DNA of 64,000 nucleotides from Candidatus Woykebacteria bacterium (GCA_040876265.1 JBBDPN010000001.1:118208-182207), one strand, 5' to 3'; positions 19,986 through 29,995 are shown, counted from the stretch's first letter. The notes: generated by a model not told the origin, from the letters alone. A program made the numbers and translations.

Positions 19986-21338
19986 ATGGCAACTAAAACG
20001 AATAAAGAAACAAGTAAATGGATGACCGCTGTTGGTGGTAGGATACCGCCCCAAAGTATTGATGCAGAAATTGGGGTACTAGGTTCATTGCTTATCGATA
20101 AAGACGCGGTAGTAAAAATTGCAGAAGCTTTGTCAGCCGAACATTTTTACCAAGACCGCCATAGCCAAATATATAAGGCGATCCTTTCACTTTACGAAAA
20201 AAGGTTACCCAGTGATCTGGTTACGTTGACGGAGGAACTCAAAAAAGCCAAAAATTTTGAAGAAGTTGGAGGGGCCAGTTACTTAACCACTTTAGTAAAT
20301 TCGGTACCAACTAGCGGACATATCGAACATTACGCACAGCTTGTGCGCGAGGCCGCAACGAAAAGAGCCTTGATTAGCGCCTCTGGTACAATAAGTGAGG
20401 CTGCCTTTGACCCGGATGCTGATGCTAAAGATTTGCTTGAGTTTGCCGAGACAACCCTTTTTGGAATAAGCCAACAACACCTGAAGCAGAACTTTGTCCC
20501 TCTACGAGAAGCTCTAGCGTCTAGTTTTGATAGGCTAGACGAACTCCACAAAAAAGGCTCTGGTTTGCGGGGTATAGCGACAGGATTTGGCGACCTGGAT
20601 AAAAAACTTTCTGGAATGCAGACCGCCAACCTTCTGATACTGGCGGCCCGGCCTAGTGTTGGTAAAACTACTTTGGCGATGAATATTGCCGAACAGGTAG
20701 GGATAAATGAAAAAATCCCAGTTGGGATCTTCTCACTTGAAATGAGTCAGGGTCAGCTGGTTGATCTCATGCTGGCTTCTCAGAGCGATATTGATGCCTG
20801 GAAGATAACGACGGGTAATCTCTCGGAAAGTGACTTTGAGGCAATTTCGACAGCCATGGGTACTTTGGCCGAGGCTCCGATATTTGTAGATGACACACCG
20901 GGAATTAGTGTAATGGAGATACGGACGAAAGCCAGGAGGCTGCAACTCGAATATGGGATGCAACTACTTGTAGTTGATTATTTACAATTGATACGCGGGC
21001 GTAATTTGGAAAATCGGGTACAGGAAGTTTCAGAAATATCACAAGCGTTGAAAAACCTTGCCAGGGAGCTAAATATTCCAGTTTTAGCTATCTCACAGTT
21101 ATCCCGGGCCGTTGAGGCTCGTCAAGCAAAAATACCGCAACTTGCAGATCTACGGGAGTCTGGAGCGATAGAACAAGACGCCGACGTGGTGATGTTTCTT
21201 TATCGAGAAGACCCAGACCATCTTGAAAATATTAAACTCTCAGTCGCTAAACACCGTAATGGGCCTCTAGGAGAGGTGGATCTACGCTTTGTGGGCGAAC
21301 GCCGCCGCTTCTACGGCGTCGAAAAAACCCGTGGGTAA
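19986..21338 (+). CDS. dnaB: Replicative DNA helicase
   Basis: PPQS..AE, AARPSVGKT, VDYLQL, LSQLSR-like, DLRESGAIEQDAD; no intein. Confidence 0.97.
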   Translation: MATKTNKETSKWMTAVGGRIPPQSIDAEIGVLGSLLIDKDAVVKIAEALSAEHFYQDRHSQIYKAILSLYEKRLPSDLVTLTEELKKAKNFEEVGGASYLTTLVNSVPTSGHIEHYAQLVREAATKRALISASGTISEAAFDPDADAKDLLEFAETTLFGISQQHLKQNFVPLREALASSFDRLDELHKKGSGLRGIATGFGDLDKKLSGMQTANLLILAARPSVGKTTLAMNIAEQVGINEKIPVGIFSLEMSQGQLVDLMLASQSDIDAWKITTGNLSESDFEAISTAMGTLAEAPIFVDDTPGISVMEIRTKARRLQLEYGMQLLVVDYLQLIRGRNLENRVQEVSEISQALKNLARELNIPVLAISQLSRAVEARQAKIPQLADLRESGAIEQDADVVMFLYREDPDHLENIKLSVAKHRNGPLGEVDLRFVGERRRFYGVEKTRG

Positions 21339-22586
21339 ATGCTAAATTCCAAACTCCAAATACCAAATTTTCTAAAATCGAAAAAACTGATTTTCTTTGG
21401 TTTGTTGATTATTGTATTGGGCGTTGGTGCTTTGTTGATAAAAACTTACGTTGGAGACCTGCGGCCGGCGATTTTACCGCCGAAGGAAGATCTGCCGGAA
21501 ATAATTGAAAAGCAAAATACTGGTGAGGGAGTAGATTTTCCTCTAGAAATAGCTGGAGATTTCAAAATCGGCGTCTTTGCTAAAGACATGGGCAGCGCTC
21601 GCGATTTGCAATTCTCTCCTGGCGGTACATTACTAGTTTCCTCAAAAGAGAGTGGTACTGTTTACGCTTTGCCAGACAAAAATAAGAACGGTAAGGCAGA
21701 TGAAAAGGTGGAAGTTCTAACTGGTTTGGATAAACCGCACGGACTTGCGTTTTACCCATTCGACACAGCTACAGGTAAACAAGTTAAACTTTTTGTAGCG
21801 GAGCTGCGAAGAGTTTCAAGGTATTCCTGGGACGAAAAAAATCTCAAAGCAACATTTGAAAAAAAGCTTTTTGATCTGCCTTACAGCGGGGGACATAGTA
21901 CTCGCAGTGTTGTGATTGATAACGACGGTAAGCTCTTTGTATCCATTGGTTCTTCATGTAACGTGTGTGTGGAAGAACATCCCTGGCTCACAACGATTGT
22001 TGTCTCAGATACGCAAGGTAGCGACCCAAAAGTTTACGCCGAGGGGCTACGCAACAGCGTTTTTATGACGATAAACCCCGCAACCGGACAACTTTGGGCT
22101 ACAGAAATGGGCAGAGATTGGCTTGGCGATGATTTGCCACCTGATGAAATAAATATTATTCGAGAGAGTGCAGACTACGGGTGGCCTTACTGCTGGGGGG
22201 ATAAAGTACACGATGCCGATTTTGATCCAGAGGGTAAATTCAAAGGTAGATGCGAAAAAAGCGTTGCCCCAGCCTTTAAAATCCAAGCCCATTCTGCGCC
22301 ACTTGGTTTGATATTTATAAACTCTGCTCAATTTCCAGAAAGTTGGCAAGGAGATCTGCTAGTTAGCTATCATGGAAGTTGGAACCGTAGCGTTCCGACA
22401 GGCTACAAAGCGGTTCGATTAAAAGTTGACGGTGAAAAAGTAACTGGTCAAGAGGATTTCATCTTGGGATTTCTACAAGGTTCAAACGCTCTAAGCAGAC
22501 CGGTTGATCTCGAATTTGATAAAAACGGAAGTCTTTTTATTTCTGACGACAAAATCGGTGTGATCTACAAGGTAGTCAAGAATTAA
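21339..22586 (+). CDS. PQQ-dependent sugar / L-sorbosone dehydrogenase family beta-propeller
   Basis: GGHSTR, SIGSSCNVC, GLRN, DYGWPYC, AHSAPLG, HGSWNR. Confidence 0.88.
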   Translation: MLNSKLQIPNFLKSKKLIFFGLLIIVLGVGALLIKTYVGDLRPAILPPKEDLPEIIEKQNTGEGVDFPLEIAGDFKIGVFAKDMGSARDLQFSPGGTLLVSSKESGTVYALPDKNKNGKADEKVEVLTGLDKPHGLAFYPFDTATGKQVKLFVAELRRVSRYSWDEKNLKATFEKKLFDLPYSGGHSTRSVVIDNDGKLFVSIGSSCNVCVEEHPWLTTIVVSDTQGSDPKVYAEGLRNSVFMTINPATGQLWATEMGRDWLGDDLPPDEINIIRESADYGWPYCWGDKVHDADFDPEGKFKGRCEKSVAPAFKIQAHSAPLGLIFINSAQFPESWQGDLLVSYHGSWNRSVPTGYKAVRLKVDGEKVTGQEDFILGFLQGSNALSRPVDLEFDKNGSLFISDDKIGVIYKVVKN

Positions 22587-22673
22587 TGGTGGGCAAGGAG
22601 GGATTCGAACCCTCAAGGTGTTGCCACCATAGGTTTTTGAGACCTACGCGTATACCAGTTCCGCCACTTGCCC
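22587..22673 (-). tRNA. tRNA-Leu(CAA)
   Basis: Reverse complement GGGCAAGTGGCGGAACTGGTATACGCGTAGGTCT-CAA-AAACCTAT, long variable arm, GGTTCGAATCC, encoded CCA. Confidence 0.97.
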
Positions 22674-22825
22674 GCGAGGTTGATAGAAGGCAATTATATC
22701 TAATTTAGGTGTGAGTATCAATGAAAGATGATAATGAGAAAATGTGGTGGGTAGACCGACGCAGCGGTAGTTGGTTTCGCTTCGAGGGTCTACCCAAGTG
22801 TGTCTTTAGACAAACCGCCTCCCTT

Positions 22826-23086
22826 CTAGTTATTATGGTTTGACGTTTGGCCAGTCAGAGACGGATCACTCAGCATCCGCTTGGCTTTATCCTCCTGTCG
22901 TTCACCGAGACTATGAAGCGCATAGAACGCATCGTATATGGCGTGGTTGATTAAATTCACGCCTTGCTCGTTGAGTTCCTGCGCTTGGTCTCGGCGTAAG
23001 CGGAGAAAGCGGTGGAGTCGGCGGAAAAGCTCCTCCTCCAAGTCCAGACTACTCCTATCTGAGATTTGAGCCGTTGGAGTGTACAT
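22826..23086 (-). CDS. Hypothetical protein
   Basis: 86-aa ORF with AAGGAG SD. Confidence 0.55.
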   Translation of the reverse strand: MYTPTAQISDRSSLDLEEELFRRLHRFLRLRRDQAQELNEQGVNLINHAIYDAFYALHSLGERQEDKAKRMLSDPSLTGQTSNHNN

Positions 23087-23195
23087 GCCCCATCATCTCC
23101 TTTCTGGACTTAATTTTACTATTTTTAGGCTCAAAAAAGCAAACAAGCGTAGAGTTGGTAGACAGCAGCTGGCAGTTTGTAGTAAATTTTTCTCT

Positions 23196-23756
23196 ATGAT
23201 TTCGGTTACAGAACTTAGAGCCGGTACTACTTTTAAAGATTCCCAGGGCATCTGGGAGGCAATTAAATACTCTCATACTAAGATGGGACGGGGAAGCGCC
23301 AGTATAAAAGTGAAAGTAAAAAATTTAAAAACAGGGACCATTGTCGATAAGACATTTACATCCGGTCAGAAGGTAGATGATCTGAGCGTCACCAAGAAGG
23401 AGGGCCAGTTCCTCTATGCAGACGGTAGCAACCTTGTTTTTATGGAGAAGAAGACTTTTGAACAATTCACTTTACCGAAAACAGCCGTTTTCCAGGCAGA
23501 AAAATTTCTAAAGGAAAGCGAAACTTATGATCTTACCTTTGCCGAAGATAGCGTGATTGGTGTTGAAATACCGCGAACAGTTGTTCTCAGAGTAGACGAG
23601 ACGGGACCGGCGATAAAAGGGGATAGTGTTTCGGCTGCTTCCAAAGACGCTACGCTCGAAAACGGTTTGAGCTTAAAGGTTCCGTTATTTATTAAAACAG
23701 GGGATAAAATCAAAGTAGATGCACGGGCAGGAAAATACGTGGAGAGAGTCAGGTAG
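23196..23756 (+). CDS. efp: Elongation factor P
   Basis: H.KMGRG loop, GDSVS, K.ATLENG, VPLFI..GD.IKVD, YVERV. Confidence 0.95.
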   Translation: MISVTELRAGTTFKDSQGIWEAIKYSHTKMGRGSASIKVKVKNLKTGTIVDKTFTSGQKVDDLSVTKKEGQFLYADGSNLVFMEKKTFEQFTLPKTAVFQAEKFLKESETYDLTFAEDSVIGVEIPRTVVLRVDETGPAIKGDSVSAASKDATLENGLSLKVPLFIKTGDKIKVDARAGKYVERVR

Positions 23757-23765
23757 AGATAGAGG

Positions 23766-24206
23766 TTACCTAATCAGAAAAACTAATGCTGCTGCACTTA
23801 CCGCCACACCAGTTACTAACCCTGAAGCGAAATTTACGTTTACTTGTATGTGTTTGTGGTATTTGTTGAAGAGAGAGACAAGCGGTAGTTTTATTAGTGG
23901 AGTTTGGATATGACGCGAAAAAGCCATTATAAAATCTGGTAGGGTTGCCAAAAAAGCACCTAGGATAATTATTGCTTGACGCGGATCACCTTGGGAGATC
24001 AGAAAAACTAAAGCTATCCCAAAAATGTAATCGACAACTACACCACCGATCACCTTCTTACTAAAAGGCGCTTCAGGTGAGCCATCCCAGTGGGGAGTTG
24101 CATCCAGCACAAAGTGCGACGCAAAAGCTACCGGAAGAGCGATGGTAGGTTCGGGGATGGAATGAGCGATAGCTGCCCCAACGAGCAAGTGAGGTGTTGA
24201 TAACAT
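23766..24206 (-). CDS. Membrane protein, possible metal-binding (YdjM-like)
   Basis: PHLLVG, SHFVLD..PHWD, LPD; several TM helices. Confidence 0.7.
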   Translation of the reverse strand: MLSTPHLLVGAAIAHSIPEPTIALPVAFASHFVLDATPHWDGSPEAPFSKKVIGGVVVDYIFGIALVFLISQGDPRQAIIILGAFLATLPDFIMAFSRHIQTPLIKLPLVSLFNKYHKHIQVNVNFASGLVTGVAVSAAALVFLIR

Positions 24207-24308
24207 GTTAAGTTTAAATTTTACTTCAAATATGATAATATGTCAATCGCTTCGCGATTAGTAATTCGTTAGAATTAGCAAGCGCTTTGAGTTTAACAAA
24301 ATAAAAAT

Positions 24309-24932
24309 ATGCTAGCTGAGATTATAAGTTTTTTGGCAAATAGTTTAACCATCACGGTGCTCGTCGCTTATGTGTTTGCGTTGTGGGCGGCACTGGTAGC
24401 TTGGACTTGGATAGATATAGTCTCCCGAACCGATAGCCCGCTGTATCGTCTGGGAGCGATTTTGATAGTGGCGACTGGAGCTATTCTTGGGTTCGCTATT
24501 TATTTGCTTTTGCGACCAAATATCACCAAAGATGAAGTACAACTGCGAGAGATAGAGGAAGCACTACTAGCCTCCCAAACTTCCTGGCAAAGCTGCCCGA
24601 AGTGTAACTACCCAGTAAAAGAGGAATTTTTGTATTGTACCAATTGTTCGGAAAAGCTGATGTTGGAGTGTAAAAACTGTAATCGGGAAATAAATATTTC
24701 GTGGAATATCTGTGCCTACTGTGGGAGCCGACAAAGAGAGGAAGAGGTAAAGATTGTTATTTCGACAAGACCAAAACTGAACCTCAGGGAGACAGGAGTG
24801 GCAGTTTTCTCCAGCATAAGCGGCCTTTTGCGGAAATTGAATGAAAGTAGAAACAGTCTTACCAAAACTCAGAATGGGCCCGGCGCAAAGAGTAGAAAGA
24901 GCAAAAGAGCAATTAAAAGCAAACAGGTGTGA
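24309..24932 (+). CDS. Membrane protein with double zinc ribbon
   Basis: TM helices, YLLLRP, four CxxC pairs. Confidence 0.85.
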   Translation: MLAEIISFLANSLTITVLVAYVFALWAALVAWTWIDIVSRTDSPLYRLGAILIVATGAILGFAIYLLLRPNITKDEVQLREIEEALLASQTSWQSCPKCNYPVKEEFLYCTNCSEKLMLECKNCNREINISWNICAYCGSRQREEEVKIVISTRPKLNLRETGVAVFSSISGLLRKLNESRNSLTKTQNGPGAKSRKSKRAIKSKQV

Positions 24933-25959
24933 TGCTCTTCTAGTATCAAACACTGTCAACCGTTACTACCTATCTGGTTGGCAGGGCGATGCGGAAAGTG
25001 GTTACATTCTGGTAACTGCGAAAAAACCAATTCTTATTACCGACTCCAGGTACACCGAACACGCTACTAGCCAGACAAATGGATTTGAAATTGTTGAAGC
25101 AAATGAAGGTATTGGCCCGACCTTAAAAAAATTAGTCGAAGGCTATCACCTCTCTTCCGTTGGGTTTGAATCTCACGATTTATCTGTTTTTGAACACAAA
25201 AGAACAAAAGAATTTATTAAGCCAGTACAGTTGGTTCCTGTGGCGCATTTGATCGAGGAAATAAGGGCAGTCAAGGATGAAACTGAGATTGAAAATATAA
25301 AAAAGGCAATAGCGACCGCCGAAAAAGCCTTCAAGCATATCCTTACGTTCATCCGGCCCGGGTTAACAGAGAAAGAAGTTGCTTGGGAAATGGAGAAATA
25401 TATGAGGGAGGACGGAGCTGCGAAAATGGCTTGGGAACCTTTTATTGTGGCAGCTGGAACAAACGCTTCGATGGCACATTATGGAGCGGGGGAGACAAAA
25501 ATAGAAAAAGGGGATATGGTGCAGATAGATTACGGCTGTGTATATGAGGGATATCACTGTGATATCTCCCGAGTTGTTTTTGTCGGCAAGCCAACGGACA
25601 AACAAAAAGAAATTTACAACCTGGTGTATGAAGCGCAGAAAATCGGTATAGAGTTGGTAAAGAGTGGACGAGACGCACAATTGATTGACAGAAAGGTGAT
25701 TGATTTCTTGAAAAAGCGAACGCGATACTACTACAAACACTCACTTGGTCACGGAGTTGGATTGGAGGTGCATGAGCCCCCTTACGTGAGCAGCCGCCGG
25801 AAAAATAAACTGGCTGCGGGTAATGTAATTACGATAGAGCCAGGGGTTTACATACCAGGTTGGGGTGGAGTGCGAATTGAGGACATGATTCTTGTAACCA
25901 AAACTGGTAGCGAGGTGCTTACCAAACTCCCTAAAAAAATCGAAGAAGTAACTATTTAG
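24874..25959 (+). CDS. Xaa-Pro aminopeptidase (M24 family)
   Basis: TDSRY, IRAVKDE.EI, HSLGHGVGLEVHE, TIEPGVY, GVRIED; start uncertain (24841 or 24874). Confidence 0.92.
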   Translation: MGPAQRVERAKEQLKANRCDALLVSNTVNRYYLSGWQGDAESGYILVTAKKPILITDSRYTEHATSQTNGFEIVEANEGIGPTLKKLVEGYHLSSVGFESHDLSVFEHKRTKEFIKPVQLVPVAHLIEEIRAVKDETEIENIKKAIATAEKAFKHILTFIRPGLTEKEVAWEMEKYMREDGAAKMAWEPFIVAAGTNASMAHYGAGETKIEKGDMVQIDYGCVYEGYHCDISRVVFVGKPTDKQKEIYNLVYEAQKIGIELVKSGRDAQLIDRKVIDFLKKRTRYYYKHSLGHGVGLEVHEPPYVSSRRKNKLAAGNVITIEPGVYIPGWGGVRIEDMILVTKTGSEVLTKLPKKIEEVTI

Positions 25960-26504
25960 TCATGTATTTTAAATGAATCGGCTACTTGAGTGCATAAGTT
26001 AATGAGGTCTTTATTATTGGGTGGGGAAGTGTGACAGTCAAATACTAAAAATTGGTCGTCTCGGATATTTTCGGCACCGTTTACATAATAAACTAGGGTA
26101 TGAGCGTTGTCCTGATTAACTATAGCTTTTTTCGCCGGTAGTCCAGAAAAAATAGCGTCAGTGAAGGTCAAGTTTTTGTGCGAAGGGTCTGCCTGGTTTA
26201 TTTCGTCCAATACGGCAATGATTAGCAGCACATCGCCGTCTTTAAATCCGGGTAGGAGTGTGTTTCTCTCTAGATCCAAGTTACCAATAGTGTGGTAATC
26301 CGTACCTTTTATTTGGATCGTTCTTGGTACTAAATTTGTTGGATAGTTGAAAGAAAATTTAATTGCTGCAATTTGGCCGGTGTACGTGCGCCAGCCTGAT
26401 TTTAAATCGACGGAATAATTTGTCCGGTTGAAGCTACTATAGACCCCAAATCCAGCCAGAACTATAAGCAATAAACCTACGATCACAAGTGATATCTTGA
26501 CCAT
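25956..26504 (-). CDS. Membrane-anchored hypothetical protein (PsbP-like pattern)
   Basis: N-terminal TM, W.TY...FSFNYP, C-terminal 'QVADSFK'. Confidence 0.65.
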   Translation of the reverse strand: MVKISLVIVGLLLIVLAGFGVYSSFNRTNYSVDLKSGWRTYTGQIAAIKFSFNYPTNLVPRTIQIKGTDYHTIGNLDLERNTLLPGFKDGDVLLIIAVLDEINQADPSHKNLTFTDAIFSGLPAKKAIVNQDNAHTLVYYVNGAENIRDDQFLVFDCHTSPPNNKDLINLCTQVADSFKIHD

Positions 26505-26508
26505 TGGT

Positions 26509-26796
26509 TTAATTTGAGGACGATGGTGTAGCTGTTTGTGATGACTGCGTGGCGGTTTTTGCTGATGGGGTGGCCTCGGAAGAGGGTGTAGCTATTTGGC
26601 TGCTGTTGGTTCCTGTTTTGATTTCAACGCTTGGAACAGGAGTTGCGTCTGGATCATAAAAATAAAGAGCGGTTGTGATGATGGCTAGCATTAGAACACC
26701 AATCACGCTCCCCGCGACTACATTGCGCCAATCTATTCTCAGAGGACTGTAAACTACGGTCGGTTTGTTCTGGGCGGGCTCTTCGGGCATATACAT
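26509..26796 (-). CDS. Small single-TM protein with S/T-rich ATPS repeats
   Basis: TM followed by ATPSS/ATPSA/ATQSS repeats. Confidence 0.65.
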   Translation of the reverse strand: MYMPEEPAQNKPTVVYSPLRIDWRNVVAGSVIGVLMLAIITTALYFYDPDATPVPSVEIKTGTNSSQIATPSSEATPSAKTATQSSQTATPSSSN

Positions 26797-26862
26797 TTAT
26801 TTTGTCCAAATTTGCCAACCTTGTCAATGACAGGTTGAATTTGGTAGAATTCTGAAGTCCAA

Positions 26863-28368
26863 ATGAAAATATCGATAGAAAAAGAAAATTTGAGCAAAGT
26901 AAGAGCAGATGCTCTAGCAGTTTTTTTGTTCGCTGGAGAAAAACCCTCTGGCGAAATGCAAAATCTAGATAAAGCCTTGGCGGGAGCAATAGGCGAGGCT
27001 ATAAAGCTTGGTGATTTTAAAGGCAAACTTTACGAAGTCACCTCAATTTATACTCACGGTAAAATCAACGCAACCCGTATCTTCCTAGTTGGGAAAGGAA
27101 AGAAAGGTGATTTTGAACCTCGTTACGCGCGTAATTTGGCCGGGAGCGCCGCGAGAAAAGCCCTTAGTGTAGGGGCAAAAAAAATAGCTATACACCTTGG
27201 TGATCTGGTAGATGGTGAGCGAGCAATTGAAGGGGTTGGTTTAGCTGTCTTTGACCCAGCTCTTTATAAGACGAAAAAAGAAGATAAAAGTGAAATAGAT
27301 GAGTTAATACTTGTCGGCGACGTGAATTTACAAGCGATAAAACACTCACAAGCGGCTGTAGAATCAATAAATTGGGTAAGGAAATTAATTAGCGAACCGG
27401 CCAACGTAATGACTCCGAAAGAAATGGTTCTAGAGGCAAGGAAATTGGCCAAGGAATACAAATTTGACTTAGAGGTGATCGACGAGGAGGAAGCAAAAAA
27501 GAAAGGAATGGGCGCTTTTGCAGGTATTGCTAGGGGGAGTGAGGAACCTTCGTATTTGGTTATCTTCAAGTATAATCCGCTTCGCGGCTTGCGACCACTT
27601 CGTGGGCTACAAGCTTCAGGTATCAAAAAGAAGCCAACGCTTGGAGTGGTAGGTAAGGGAATTACTTTCGATAGCGGTGGGATTTCGATAAAACCAAGTG
27701 AGAAAATGCACGAGATGAAAATGGATATGTCGGGCGCGGCAGCAGTATTTGGTTTTATGAGGTTGGTTGGGGAGCTGCGGCCAAAAATAAACGTGCTTGG
27801 AGTAACTCCTTTGACAGAAAATTTACCTGGCGGTAAAGCCCTAAAACCTGGTGATGTTCTCAAGGCATTCAACGGTAAGACAATCGAAGTTTTAAATACT
27901 GATGCCGAAGGTCGTGTGGTCCTTGCCGACGGTCTCTCTTACGCAGCAAAACTCGGCGCGACACATTTGGTAGATTTAGCCACTCTGACAGGTGCAGTGG
28001 TAGTTGCGCTAGGGTTTGAGGCTTCTGGGTTAATGGGCCGTCCCAATTCTTGGGTGGACGATGTGCAAAATGCAGGTGAAGCAGCCGGGGAGAGAATTTG
28101 GCAGCTGCCAATTTACCCAGAGCATAAAGAACTTTTACGCAGTGAAATTGCTGACGTTGCCAACCTTCCGCCAAGTAGAGCTGCTGGAACAATTGCCGGT
28201 GGCGTGTTTTTGCAAGAATTTGTACCAGAAAAAATTCCTTGGGCCCATCTGGATATAGCTGGAACTGCATATCTTGAAAGCGAAAAGCCTTTTATGGCGA
28301 AAGGCCCAACCGGTGTTGGAGTTCGGACCTTGATAAAGCTGGTCGAACAACTAGAGAAGGAGAAGTAA
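26863..28368 (+). CDS. pepA: Leucyl aminopeptidase (M17)
   Basis: GKGITFDSGG, MKMDMSG, NTDAEGR, HLDIAG; short insertion near 27577-27615. Confidence 0.96.
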   Translation: MKISIEKENLSKVRADALAVFLFAGEKPSGEMQNLDKALAGAIGEAIKLGDFKGKLYEVTSIYTHGKINATRIFLVGKGKKGDFEPRYARNLAGSAARKALSVGAKKIAIHLGDLVDGERAIEGVGLAVFDPALYKTKKEDKSEIDELILVGDVNLQAIKHSQAAVESINWVRKLISEPANVMTPKEMVLEARKLAKEYKFDLEVIDEEEAKKKGMGAFAGIARGSEEPSYLVIFKYNPLRGLRPLRGLQASGIKKKPTLGVVGKGITFDSGGISIKPSEKMHEMKMDMSGAAAVFGFMRLVGELRPKINVLGVTPLTENLPGGKALKPGDVLKAFNGKTIEVLNTDAEGRVVLADGLSYAAKLGATHLVDLATLTGAVVVALGFEASGLMGRPNSWVDDVQNAGEAAGERIWQLPIYPEHKELLRSEIADVANLPPSRAAGTIAGGVFLQEFVPEKIPWAHLDIAGTAYLESEKPFMAKGPTGVGVRTLIKLVEQLEKEK

Positions 28369-28377
28369 ACCCGACAA

Positions 28378-29199
28378 ATGTTACCAATTTTACTAAAGAT
28401 CGGTCCTATTACAGTCTACTCATTTGGTTTTTTCCTCATCCTAGCTTACTTTGCGGCTACATTTATCCTTTGGCGGGAGGGTAAGCGACAAGGTTATAAT
28501 GAGGAAAGACTGCTCGACCTTTCAGTTATTTCTTTGGTAGCGGCGTTGGTTGGTGGTAGGCTATACTACGTTATTTTAAACTGGCCGCTTTTCGCTGACG
28601 AACCGCTTAGTAGCCTTTCATTTTGGCAAGGCGGCTTCGCTTACCACGGCAGCTTAATTGCCGTCCTTTTGGTTAGTATCTACTTTATCTTAAGGTGGAA
28701 ATGGACTTTCTTTCAAATAGCGGATATTGGAGCAATATCGGCTTCAGCTGCGCTTACCTTGGGCAAAATTGGTAGTTTCTTGGCTGGAGTGGATTTTGGT
28801 GCCAGTTCTTCACTTCCGTGGGCGGTCCGGCTTCCAGGTTTGGTTGGTGCCCGTCATCCAGTACAGCTGTATGAAGCTGGTGCATATTTTATAATTTTTT
28901 TGGTCCTTTATTTTCTTTATTTTAAATACTTAGCTTCAAAGAATATGAGAAGTGGCAGAGTTTTTTTTATCTTTCTGGTCGCGACCAGTATAATTAGGGC
29001 AATACTAGAATTTTATAGAGCCGATCCACATACGCTGCTGGGTGTTCCCACCGCGACAATAGTCAGCGTATTGATTGCAGCGGCCTCTTTAATTGCTATA
29101 TACTATTTTCAGATTCGGGACGCGCGGAGTGATCTCAAAGGGTTTTTGGAGATTTTTTTTGGTATCAACACCAGATTTCTTAAAAGGATAAAATTTTAA
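28378..29199 (+). CDS. lgt: Prolipoprotein diacylglyceryl transferase
   Basis: GGRLYYV, W.GG..YHG, RHPVQLYE, EFYR. Confidence 0.9.
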   Translation: MLPILLKIGPITVYSFGFFLILAYFAATFILWREGKRQGYNEERLLDLSVISLVAALVGGRLYYVILNWPLFADEPLSSLSFWQGGFAYHGSLIAVLLVSIYFILRWKWTFFQIADIGAISASAALTLGKIGSFLAGVDFGASSSLPWAVRLPGLVGARHPVQLYEAGAYFIIFLVLYFLYFKYLASKNMRSGRVFFIFLVATSIIRAILEFYRADPHTLLGVPTATIVSVLIAAASLIAIYYFQIRDARSDLKGFLEIFFGINTRFLKRIKF

Positions 29200-29202
29200 A
29201 CT

Positions 29203-29541
29203 ATGTTGGAGGGGTTGAAACAACAGCTTGAAGCGGAAAGAAATAATCTTGCAGGACAGCTGGATATCTATAAAAAAGATGATCCATTGCGTGATCCGGA
29301 TCAAAGCCTATCTCATACCCAAGATGATGTGATTACAGTTTCTGAAGGCCACGATCGTATAGACGCGACCCGTAGAGAGCTAAAGATTAGATTGCGAGAA
29401 GTGGAAAAGGCTTTGGGAAAAATCGAAAACGGTAAATATGGTATTTGCGAAAATTGCGGAAATAAAATTGTCCCAGAGCGTCTCAAAGCAAACCCAACAG
29501 CAGTATTTTGTATGGATTGTGAGAGGAAAGTTCAGCGCTAA
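29203..29541 (+). CDS. TraR/DksA C4 zinc-finger protein
   Basis: AL.KIE.GKYGICE.CG..I..ERL.A.P....C..C. Confidence 0.9.
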   Translation: MLEGLKQQLEAERNNLAGQLDIYKKDDPLRDPDQSLSHTQDDVITVSEGHDRIDATRRELKIRLREVEKALGKIENGKYGICENCGNKIVPERLKANPTAVFCMDCERKVQR

Positions 29542-29605
29542 GCTGTTGGGGGTACTTGATCAGTTTAGCTTTATGGTTTATAAATAAAGTTAGGGAGTTT
29601 AGTTT

Positions 29606-29995
29606 ATGGCAGCAAAAATATTAGTTGTAGAAGACGACCAATTTCTAAGGGAGCTATATGACGAGCTATTAAAGGGAGAAGGGTACGATGTGGATCTTGC
29701 CCCTGATGGCGAGATAGGGCTCTCGAAACTTCAACAGGGCGGTTACGATCTAGTCCTTTTAGACATCATGCTACCAAAGATAGATGGTCTGGAGATACTT
29801 CGTCGGGTTAAAAACAAGCCCGCCGAAAAACCAAACGGTACAGTAATCTTGCTTACCAACCTTGGTCAAGACTCAATAATTAAAGAAGGCTTTAATTTGG
29901 GAGCGAGCGGCTACCTGATTAAAAGTGCGATGAACCCAGATCAAGTGCTTTCAGAGATCAAAGTATTTCTATCAAAGGGAAGTGCCCCCAAATAA
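29606..29995 (+). CDS. Single-domain response regulator
   Basis: ILVVEDD, LLDIMLP..DG, LLTN, YLIK. Confidence 0.92.
   Translation: MAAKILVVEDDQFLRELYDELLKGEGYDVDLAPDGEIGLSKLQQGGYDLVLLDIMLPKIDGLEILRRVKNKPAEKPNGTVILLTNLGQDSIIKEGFNLGASGYLIKSAMNPDQVLSEIKVFLSKGSAPK

Noticed and set aside
19986-21338. Intein in DnaB
   Set aside because: Normal length (450 aa) with contiguous motifs
22587-22673. tRNA-Leu as an island integration site
   Set aside because: No duplicate of the tRNA 3' end noticed and no adjacent integrase
22750-22795. GGGTAGACC...GGTCTACCC inverted repeat as an ncRNA
   Set aside because: Lies just after the stop of the 22826-23086 gene; most simply a 3' hairpin, and no promoter was identified
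24841-24932. Overlap between the zinc-ribbon and peptidase genes
   Set aside because: Reduced by choosing ATG 24874; both proteins are intact
29606-29995. Orphan response regulator as a novel system
   Set aside because: Stand-alone receiver domains are common; nothing unusual in sequence or context
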